From Pelagomonas calceolata (lineage: Eukaryota), in assembly GCA_918797485.1 (NCBI GenBank), contig CAKKNE010000005.1, forward strand, positions 372,001 to 436,000: DNA of 64,000 nucleotides. The letters are read 5' to 3'. This document shows positions 11,202 to 19,728 of the stretch, one piece after another. The position numbers were made by a program, and so were the translations under genes. Under the pieces are notes generated by a model. That model did no database searches. It saw nothing but the letters and a program-made list of their open reading frames with translations, and was not told the DNA's origin. Each line of letters opens with the position of its first letter. The first letter of the stretch is position 1.

Positions 11202-11345
11202 AAAAACAGTAACCGCCATTGGGCGGTGAGTCACGGCGGTCTTGTCGATGTGGGGGGCGCGAGGGAAGGGGTGGCGGCGCGCGCGACTGGCTCGCGCACG
11301 AAATGCCGGGAGGGGGTATGGGGAGATTCCTGATTTTTTTTCTGT

Positions 11346-12087
11346 TCACCGGCGGCCGTACATGGCGATGTGCGCATCAAAAAATTCGATGACGTGCTTC
11401 AGCTGCCACTGGCACTTCTTGAAATCACGCATCGCCTCCAAGGCGCCGGCCTCGTCGCCGGCTAACCGCCTCTTGACCGCTTCTTGCCGATTGACGCAGA
11501 TGGCCCGCCGCAGGTCGTCGCGCAGGTCGTAGGGTCGGGCGCGTCTATGTACATCCACCAACGCGCCGAGCTCGCTCCAGACGTTTCTGTCCAGAGCGGC
11601 CACGAGCGCGTCGAACAAGCCTCGCCGGACGAACTCGTCCGTCGCGTCCGCGAGCTCCGAGCACCGGCCCAATTCCACGGGGCCCAGCGCGCGCCGCTCT
11701 TCCAGGCGCACCAGCAGGGCATCGAGGGCCTCCGTCGCCGGGCGGCGGGCTCGACGCTGGCACGGACGTGTTGCTGTCGTCCGAGACCGTCGGTAACGTC
11801 TCGTCGGGCGCGGCGCCCGGCGCCGCGCGCCGCATGTCGTCCGCGCTCACAACTCTTCGCATGTCGTCGGCGCCGCGCAGCCGTCGCCCGTGCTCCTTGC
11901 CCTTGGGCGAGCCGTCGAACCGGACACCGGTAGAACCAACGTTCTGGCCCTCCTCCAGATTATTGGAGGACGACACGCGCCGCAGCTTGCGCGTGGACTC
12001 CTCCTCGAGCAGCTCGTCGAGCGCGCTCGACGAGAGCGACACGCGCTTGAGGTAGGCGGCCGCGAGGTGGACGTCGAGCTCGCTCAT
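11346..12087 (-). CDS. Hypothetical protein split by an apparent frameshift near 11740
   Basis: ORF 11545-12087 looks coding up to 'PASSPP'; a shifted frame continues 'PATEALDALLVRLEERR...' to the stop at 11346. Confidence 0.45.
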
Positions 12088-12699
12088 GGTGTTATGTGCA
12101 GGCGGCGGGGCTATTCTATGTTCAAATATGTACCGCTGCCGCGTCGCGTCCCAAAAATCGCTCGTTGATCCTCAGAGCTGATTTTTATTGATTTCTACTG
12201 CGGCGGCGCGTCTCCGCGCGCGGCAATTGCACAGGAGTACCGCTGGGATACTGCGAATGCCCTGATGAGGCGCGCCAGCTATGACAGCCCCGCAGGATGG
12301 AGAACCAAAAACGCGCATCCGCCGCCGGCCAGAGCATCGGTGGCATTGGCCTACGTAGCACGGAATTTGCAGCCTCAAGCCGCGCGAGCGAACCAGCGCT
12401 CTTAGGGGCCCTGAGGGCCTCCTAGACGCGCCGCGGGGCCAGAGCCAAAGACCAGGGAGAGCCCCATCTTCCAAATTCAAACCGCGCGTCACGGCCCCAA
12501 CGAGAGGACGTCCCGCAGCGCTCCGGCGCTCCCGGGACGCCCCGTCGCCGCGCGGGCGCTGCGCCAAGTCCAAGCCTGGTGGCCTGCAATATTTTAGACA
12601 GCCGCACCGAGCGCGCGCTTGGAGCCGCAGGCTTCGGCCTCTGTCGCGCAAACGCGTCCTCGTGTGACTGGTGGGCACGCCGCGGCGCGCGGTCGGGGC

Positions 12700-14166
12700 A
12701 TGGGCGCGCATTCACGAAGTTTGCTGCTGCTGGTGGCTGCCCCGCTGGCCGTGCAGGCGGCGGGCGGCGTGCGCGCGGCCGCGGGGCTGCGCACGGCGGC
12801 GCACCGAGCGGCCAGAGACGTCGGGGCAGCGAAACGGGCGGGAAACCCGGCAGTGGCCGCCGGCGCGACGACGGCGCCCGCCGCGCGAGAGGCAGCGGCG
12901 ACGCCGACGCCGACGCAGCGCGTCCTCGACGCGATGCGTTTGTCGCTGCAAAGGTGGGATAAAGTAGAGACGAAGCAAGGGGCCCAGGACTACGTCCGCG
13001 ACATATTGAGCCCCGCGAAGCGCGGCGCGTTAGGCCGCATTCTCATCTTAAATGGCCGCGTCTTCGCGAACGAAGAAGGCGGCAAGGTCCAACAACATTT
13101 AACCATGGTCTCACGAGCCGTCCGCGAAAGGCATTCCAAAGTAAAAAACGTGGCCTACCTCCACAACTCGGAAGCGTCCGGGAGCTGCCTCGAGAATAAA
13201 AAAGGCGAGCTTTTGCCAACCACGCTCATCGCAAAAAAGTACTCCTCGAAGGAATGTGGCGTGTTAGTGCCGAACCCCTACTTCGGCGACCTGGACCATT
13301 GGTCAAATGTGGCGCAGCTGTTGGAGGACGCGTCGCGGAAGCACCCCTACTGGAAGCGCGATCCCAGAGCCTTCTGGCGCGGCCATATTAGATGGAGGAA
13401 CAAGGACTGCGACCACGAGTCCGGGAATATTGCCCGTTTCTTGGGGACGCTGTTGACCTTGCGCCACCCGGACCAATTTGACGTGAAGGTGCGGCATCTG
13501 GAGGCAAGAAAGCGCATCTGGACGAACGCGACGGCCCTCCATGCGACAAAATGCAAGGACGGCGCCGCAAAGTACCCCTTTCGTATTGATGGCCTAGACG
13601 GGCTCGTGCAGCGCCTCTCGGAGGCCCAGGACGTGAGTTGGGTCAATCCCGTCGACTACGCGCGTTATAAAATCCTGGCGCACTTCCCCGGCGGCACGAC
13701 GGGGTCCTACAGTCGGAACCTCAACCACCTCTGGGCCACCGGCTCGACCGTCATGATCTGGGACCACCCGGCCCAGGAGCACTACTATGCTGGTTTAGAA
13801 GAAGGTCGAACGCACCTCGTCTTCAACGCGACGACCGCCGTCGAGGTCGCGAAACAGATCACGGACAACTACCGCCTCGCGCGCCGCCTCCGGGAAGGCG
13901 CCGCGGACGTGCAGCGGGAGTTGGTCTGCGCCGACTGCCTGCACGGCTTTTTGCTGGAGACGCTGAAAGCGTTCCGGGCCAAAACGCGACGTGAGAGCCA
14001 TCACCCACCGTCGCAAAAGTTGTTCCGGTGGACGCGGCGGCGACATTCAGTAGACCACCGTCCCTCGTGTCCAGGTCGATCGGTGCTTCTCCCAAAATTT
14101 CTCCTGTCTCGTAGTTCACGACCGCAACTAATGGTCTTGCGTCATACACACCTACCAACGCTATGA
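12700..14166 (+). CDS. Glycosyltransferase family 90 (CAP10/KDELC-like); native C-terminus apparently lost at ~13983
   Basis: Signal peptide; 'W.KRDPRAFWRG', 'DYARYKILAHFPGGTTGSYSRNLNHLWATGS', 'EHYYAGL..GRTH'. Confidence 0.75.
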   Translation: MGAHSRSLLLLVAAPLAVQAAGGVRAAAGLRTAAHRAARDVGAAKRAGNPAVAAGATTAPAAREAAATPTPTQRVLDAMRLSLQRWDKVETKQGAQDYVRDILSPAKRGALGRILILNGRVFANEEGGKVQQHLTMVSRAVRERHSKVKNVAYLHNSEASGSCLENKKGELLPTTLIAKKYSSKECGVLVPNPYFGDLDHWSNVAQLLEDASRKHPYWKRDPRAFWRGHIRWRNKDCDHESGNIARFLGTLLTLRHPDQFDVKVRHLEARKRIWTNATALHATKCKDGAAKYPFRIDGLDGLVQRLSEAQDVSWVNPVDYARYKILAHFPGGTTGSYSRNLNHLWATGSTVMIWDHPAQEHYYAGLEEGRTHLVFNATTAVEVAKQITDNYRLARRLREGAADVQRELVCADCLHGFLLETLKAFRAKTRRESHHPPSQKLFRWTRRRHSVDHRPSCPGRSVLLPKFLLSRSSRPQLMVLRHTHLPTL

Positions 14167-15355
14167 GCGACCCTGCACCTAGGAACGCTATCGACGACAC
14201 TGTCTCAAATAATCCTTTGGCGACGGTTTTGCCTTCTTGACCGATGGACCAGACCCGCAATCCGTCGACGCCGTGCGCGGCACAAATAGGTTTGGTATTA
14301 TGAGCACAGACGCAGGTGACGCCCGGTACCGTTTCTAGGCGTTGTGTTGTCGTATCTAGTCGTCGCTCCGCAACGAAGCAGCCCGTGCCCACTACTATCG
14401 TCCGGCACGGCCGCGACCAGGCCACCAATTGACCATTCCCGTCGAAGCCGTGCATCGCTAGGGGAGAAGGCGCGCCCAGTGACGTCGTCAAATCAGGTAG
14501 AGGAGCCTTCCAGTCGTCGGCGTGGAGCTTGAGGGGAGGCGATGCCGGTGGCGAAGGCCTTGAAGGCAGGCAGGCGACAGGTTCATCTTCACAAGAGGAA
14601 AACATGTCGCGGCCGAACGCCACGAAGTCGCCCCGGTCGCAGTCGCGCCAGAGCTCCGCCAGATCTTGATCTGAAGGTGGAGGCAGGCCGACGGCGATAG
14701 CTAAGCCTCGAAGAGCCACGCACCACTGGGCCAGCGGTAAGCGTCTCTGGGTCTGTTTCGACCCGCGCTCACAAAGCGCGCGGCACCTCCTTTTTAACAA
14801 TGATCGGGCCGCGGCGTCGACTTCATTAGCATGCGCCATTTCCCCGATACGGTCGCGCTCGACGCGGCGCAGCTCCTCGGCTAATAGTGACCGCAACTTT
14901 GACGACGAGGCATCAGTCGGAGGTGCCACGTTCGCGCCCTGCAAGGGGTCCACGTACAGCCCGTTGTCCTCCGGCGTCCTTACCTCGACCTGCTTGGCCT
15001 TCGGCGGCGTCACGACGTGCTGTGGTTCGCCAGTCGCCGCTCTCGCCACGCACTGCGCGAAGGTGTCGATGGACAGCTTGCCGTGCTTCTGCTGGGCCGT
15101 CAATTGGTCGGCGAAGGCCTCCAGCGAATCACGCTCGACGCCGACGAGCCAGGTCCGCCGCAGCATCTCGGCGAGAGCCTTCGACGACAAAAAGCCGTCC
15201 TTGTCGGCGGCGGGCTTCAGGACGCGGCGCAGCTCCCTTGTGATCTTGGTGGCCGCCATGGAGCCGACCTTTTGCTCGATCTTCTCCGTGAGGAGAGACA
15301 TGACTTTGTCCGCGTCGGGGCGGCCCGGTGAGGCGGCGCATGCTGTAAACTCCAT
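13859..15355 (-). CDS. EF-hand-like + WD40 (EML-like) protein, C-terminally truncated at ~13978
   Basis: EF-like segments 'DKDGFLS', 'HGKLSIDTF'; beta-propeller-like strands ending 'FATVGDGSHVAFW', after which the frame reads the antisense of the GT90 gene. Confidence 0.55.
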   Translation of the reverse strand: MEFTACAASPGRPDADKVMSLLTEKIEQKVGSMAATKITRELRRVLKPAADKDGFLSSKALAEMLRRTWLVGVERDSLEAFADQLTAQQKHGKLSIDTFAQCVARAATGEPQHVVTPPKAKQVEVRTPEDNGLYVDPLQGANVAPPTDASSSKLRSLLAEELRRVERDRIGEMAHANEVDAAARSLLKRRCRALCERGSKQTQRRLPLAQWCVALRGLAIAVGLPPPSDQDLAELWRDCDRGDFVAFGRDMFSSCEDEPVACLPSRPSPPASPPLKLHADDWKAPLPDLTTSLGAPSPLAMHGFDGNGQLVAWSRPCRTIVVGTGCFVAERRLDTTTQRLETVPGVTCVCAHNTKPICAAHGVDGLRVWSIGQEGKTVAKGLFETVSSIAFLGAGSLIALVGVYDARPLVAVVNYETGEILGEAPIDLDTRDGGLLNVAAASTGTTFATVGDGSHVAFWPGTLSASPAKSRAGSRRRPTPAARPRRLPGGGARGGSCP

Positions 15356-15773
15356 TGTCGATGGCGTACGAGCGGTCCTTCGCCGCAGTGACGCTCGCCG
15401 GCGGATGGCTGCGCCGGCCTGCGCGCGCGTGAGTCGATTCCGCTGCGGGGGGCAGCAGTTCGACTGCGCAGTGCAATTTTAGTTTGAAAGTTTGCTGGTT
15501 CGAAGCTGAAGACACACTAGGGCTCAAGTCGAACGAGGGCTGCCGCGGGTCAAGCAGTCCGTCGCGCGCGCGCGAGGACGTCTCGGGCTCCCCTGCTTCA
15601 ATTTTCACGAGTCGGGCAGAGAGGCTAGAGAGGCTGGGCAGGGCAGGGCATAGTGGCAGGGTCCGGCTGAGTAGTATCGATAGCTGCTGCCGCTTGTGCT
15701 GCTTGAGGCGACCGCTGCCAACGCATAACAATTGCGTAGCACCTCACGACCACTTACGCGCTGCCCATCGACC

Positions 15774-17163
15774 ATGGCAGTGAAGAAGACCAAAGTGGTC
15801 CTCAAGGTCGAACTGCCCGCGGGCAAGCTGGGCCTGACTGCCGTCGGGAGCCCGCCCGCGGTCGGCGCGGTCAGGACCGACTCGCCGGTCGTGGGGCGGG
15901 TCGTGCCCGGGGACGTCATCCTCTCGCTCACCCGTCCGGGCTTGGGCGACGTCGACACGACGAACCTGGATGGCCAGGCGGTGATGGACACGCTCATTAA
16001 GTTCGCCAAGCGGGAAGGCCGCAGTCTGACGGTCGAGAAACACGGTATGTACAGGGTCGGCGTCCCGCCTGGGCCGCTTGGAGTCTCGTTCGTAGATGGC
16101 ACGTGCACCGTGCACGCGGTAAAACCCACGTCGCCGCTGCTGAGCACGACGAAGGAGGGCGACACGCTTTTGTCCGTGAATGGCCAGCCGGTGACGCCGA
16201 CGACCATCCTCGACGTCACCAAGGCGGCGGACGATGGAACCAGCGAGTGCAAGCTCGTCTTCCTGGGCACTGGCTGCGAGATTGTGGAGGACATAGTGGT
16301 GGCGGAGGGCCCGGCGCTCACGAACGAGACGCTGCGAGACTGGGTGGGGCGCTGGTGCGGCGGCGTGCGTTGGAATTTAAAGCGGCACCTTCGCCGATTT
16401 GATCCGCATCTCCCGCAACTTGGTAACCGCGAGGGCCTGCCGCCCATATCAAAGTGGAATACGAGCCGCGTCACGGACATGAGCCGTCTCTTCATGGGCA
16501 AATCTAAGTTTAACGACGACATCAGCGCGTGGGGCTGCGTGGAAATCAACCAATGTGTCGGGTGCACCCGACAATTCTTCACTAAGTCATTTCTCGGCGA
16601 TGGCGCTGCCGTCCTGGCTTGGTCGAGCGGCGAGGAACCGGCATCGCCACGCCATCGAGCAGGCGTCGCGTCGATGGCGTGGAGGACGACGCGACGATTC
16701 AGCACGAACGCGCCGTAAAATTTTGATTTCCACACAGGCGTGGGATACCTCCAATGTCACAGATATGAGCTACATGTTCCACGGCGCCAAGTCGTTCAAC
16801 CAGCCGCTGAACGACTGGTGCGTCGACAATGTCACGAATATGCGAGGGATGTTCAGCTGTGTCCGTTACAAAGATGATGGTTATGGTGGTTATTACGTAC
16901 GGGTAATAAGGGGATCGTCGTTCAACCAGCCGCTGAACGACTGGCGGGTCGACAACGTCACGGATATGCGCGAGATGTTCGCCTACGCCTCATCGTTCAA
17001 CCAGCCGCTGAACGACTGGCGGGTCGACAAGGTCACGAATATGGGCGGGATGTTCATTAACGCCTCGGCGTTCAACCAGCCGCTGAACGACTGGCGGGTC
17101 GACAATTTTACGCCCTCACCAACTCCCGGCGGGTGCTGGGTGCTGTGCTGCCCCATCTCGTGA
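15774..17163 (+). CDS. PDZ-like + DUF285 (BspA-like) repeat protein, interrupted by introner intron 16527-16737
   Basis: 'GKLGL', 'GPLGVSF' PDZ-like motifs; 'ISKWNTSRVTDMSRLF', '(S)FNQPLNDWRVDNVTNM..MF' repeats; splicing restores FNDDISAWDTSNV; ends CCPIS. Confidence 0.85.
16535..16737. mobile_element. Introner-type non-autonomous DNA transposon (203 bp)
   Basis: TIRs CTGCGTGGAAATCAA (16535-16549) / TTGATTTCCACACAG (16723-16737), 14/15 match; TSD GCGTGGGG / GCGTGGGA (7/8). Confidence 0.93.
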
Positions 17164-17342
17164 ACTCGCTCGCTTTTTGCCTCGTGCTGTACACGCACGC
17201 ACTTCCAAAGTACTCTCTCTCGCACTTCCACGACTGCACATAGCTGCCGCGGCGGCCCACTTCTGTACACACCATGCACATACACTCCTCTCCTTATCCA
17301 TACTATCTGTAAATATATTTCTAGTTGTCGCTGTGGTTCCAC

Positions 17343-18296
17343 TTACTCCAGGAGCGACTGGCACACGAGGTGCTCGTCGCCGTCGTGGACGACGACGGCG
17401 CGGCCGCCCCGCCGCACCGACAGCCGCGCGTCGCGCAACAGAAAGTCGACGAGCAACGCCTCGGCCTCTTCCGCCGCCGCGGCGCCCTGGCCGACCCGGC
17501 TCCGGGAGGCGTCGGTGACCGCGTGCGCGACCGACGGCCGGCTCCCGAGGCGGTGGCGCAGGATGGCCAGGACGTCGCGGATCCACGTCGTAAGCTCGGG
17601 CCCCTTCGTCGCCAGACGCCTGGCCGTTCCTTCGCGCGAGAGAGTGACGACGTCCCGCGCCGTAGCGTTGCGGACGGACTGCCGCCGCAGACTCTTCGCG
17701 GGCAGCGCAGGTAGCGCCGGCGGCGCCCGGCCGCCGCCGAGAGCTTCGACGCGCATCACGCTCATCGAGAGCCGCGGCATCAATGCGAGTAAATCGCGCC
17801 GCAGGCGATGGAACTGAGAGATTGTCCGCGATGCGCTCGCCTCGACGACAGAATCGCCCGCCCGCACGGCGATGCAACTCACAACATTGAAAGCACAAGT
17901 CGCCGCGTCGAAGGTGCAGCTCGGCCTCCGTCCACCGACGTCCCGCGCGACGAGCGCCGCGAGCCGCTCCGGTTTCCATGAGACGAGGTCGTCCTCCGGC
18001 GCGATGTGGGGCGTGCGCGCCGCGGCTTCGAAGAAGCTGTGGGGTTTGGGCGCGGCGGTCGGCTGGGCCGGCGTCTCCGCGGGCGGCACGATACGGACGC
18101 GCGCTGCGGTTGGCTGGGCCGGCGTCTGCTCCGGTGGGACAATGCTCCTCCACGGCGTACACGCAAGCTGGGCCTTGGCGACGACGGCGGGCCCGGCGGT
18201 GTTGTAGACGGGCGAGAAGGGCGTGCGCCCGCCCGCGGTCGTCGGGCAGCGGGCGCTCTGCGGCGTCGCTGTCTTGTGTTTGCCGGTGGTCTCCAT
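17343..18296 (-). CDS. Hypothetical protein, possible PX-like domain
   Basis: ATG-initiated 317-aa ORF; 'RTISQFHRLRRDL...LPALPAK...ELTTWIRDVL' resembles a PX pattern; short internal repeat 'IVPP.E.TPAQPTAA'. Confidence 0.45.
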   Translation of the reverse strand: METTGKHKTATPQSARCPTTAGGRTPFSPVYNTAGPAVVAKAQLACTPWRSIVPPEQTPAQPTAARVRIVPPAETPAQPTAAPKPHSFFEAAARTPHIAPEDDLVSWKPERLAALVARDVGGRRPSCTFDAATCAFNVVSCIAVRAGDSVVEASASRTISQFHRLRRDLLALMPRLSMSVMRVEALGGGRAPPALPALPAKSLRRQSVRNATARDVVTLSREGTARRLATKGPELTTWIRDVLAILRHRLGSRPSVAHAVTDASRSRVGQGAAAAEEAEALLVDFLLRDARLSVRRGGRAVVVHDGDEHLVCQSLLE

Positions 18297-18773
18297 GGTG
18301 GCCCCTCGCGTTTACGGGGCGACCACGCGGTAGTGTGCTTCCCACAAGCTGGACAAGCTGGCTCGGTGAGCCGCTACCGCGGGCGTCGGGCGCGCGCGCG
18401 CGACCCGGCGGTCGAGTTGGACGTCTTGACGCGCTGTCGTCGTCTGCGCCGCGTCCTACGCTGCGAGTGCCACAGCGGCCAAAAACCAACAGATCACTTC
18501 GTCGCGACGCCTTGCCCAGATTACCGTGCACGATCGTCCCCGAGCCCTGGGAGGACGTCCCGGGAGAGCTAGGACCGCTGCACCACCGAGGCGCGAAGTG
18601 TCGGGTTCGGTTCGTTGGCTCGACCGCCGCATCGATATCGGCGCTGTGAGGCTCCCGTGAGACTCCTCGCGCGCTGCCCCAGTCTCGCTGCGTTGCCACC
18701 TCGCGCGCGCCGGCCGAAACCCCTCAAAAACACGCGCCAGCCCGCGCTGCACACGGCGCTGCAAGGGAGCCCC

Positions 18774-19721
18774 ATGCTGCGGAGCATGGACGCTAGGCGA
18801 AACAGCTGTAGCTACAGCGACGACGACTTCGAGAAGGACGAGGATGATTCGGGGTGGACTCGTATTAGTATCAAGGACATCGACATGGGTAGGGAAATAG
18901 GGGGCGGCGGCGTCGCGTTGGTCTACGAGGGCTACTTTCGCAACGAACCGGTCGCCCTCAAGACGCTCTTCGATCCGAAGGTCGACGCCGCTCTCCAGAA
19001 GGAGTATCTGGACGAGCTGCTGGTGATGGCGTCGCTGAAACACAAAAATGTCGTCCGTTTTATCGGGGGCTGCGTGGACCCCCCAGATCTGTTCTTCGTC
19101 ATGGAGCGCTGCGAGTGCTCGCTGCATCGCGTCATCCACGGGTCCAAGTCCGAGAATGTGGCACCGGAGAAGCTGTCGTTGGCAGACAAGTTGACTGCGT
19201 GTCGCGACGTCGCCGAAGGCATGGCGTACTTGCACAGTAAACATCTCATCCACCGGGACTTAAAAACGGCGAATGTACTAAGGTGTTCCGGTACGTATAA
19301 ACTGTGCGATTTCGGTTTAGTTAGATGCTCAAATGTGGGAGCAGGAACGCCGTCCTATATGGCTCCCGAATTGTTGTTGGGGCAAGCGTTCAATCGAAAA
19401 GTTGATGTGTATGCCTTTGGGGTGTTGCTGGGTGAAGTTATGACGGGTGAGGTGCCCTTCCTGGGCTATGACTACGCTGACTTAAAAAGGAAGGTGCCTC
19501 GCGGCGAGCGGCCGTCTTTGCCGAGGTACGACTGCCCCGAGTCAATAAAACGGCTGGTCGAGGACTGCTGGCACACTTCGGACAAGAACCGCCCTGATTT
19601 CGACGACGTCGTCTATGACCTCGATCGGGTCGAGGCGCCGACGACGTCCCATACGGACGTCCTGTCCTCCCTAGAGTTCGGGGGCGGCGACTGCCTGGAC
19701 ATGCTCATGACGCATAAATAA
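18774..19721 (+). CDS. Tyrosine-kinase-like (TKL) protein kinase
   Basis: GGGGVALVY, VALK, HRDLKTANVL, DFG, GTPSYMAPE, DVYAFG, 'CW...RPDF'. Confidence 0.92.
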   Translation: MLRSMDARRNSCSYSDDDFEKDEDDSGWTRISIKDIDMGREIGGGGVALVYEGYFRNEPVALKTLFDPKVDAALQKEYLDELLVMASLKHKNVVRFIGGCVDPPDLFFVMERCECSLHRVIHGSKSENVAPEKLSLADKLTACRDVAEGMAYLHSKHLIHRDLKTANVLRCSGTYKLCDFGLVRCSNVGAGTPSYMAPELLLGQAFNRKVDVYAFGVLLGEVMTGEVPFLGYDYADLKRKVPRGERPSLPRYDCPESIKRLVEDCWHTSDKNRPDFDDVVYDLDRVEAPTTSHTDVLSSLEFGGGDCLDMLMTHK

Positions 19722-19728
19722 GTTTTAT

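Noticed and set aside
17116..18699. Long alternative-frame ORFs (e.g. 527 aa here, 52-1077, 29245-30339, 35851-36906)
   Set aside because: Arg/Ala/Pro-rich shadow frames expected at high GC, overlapping better-supported genes
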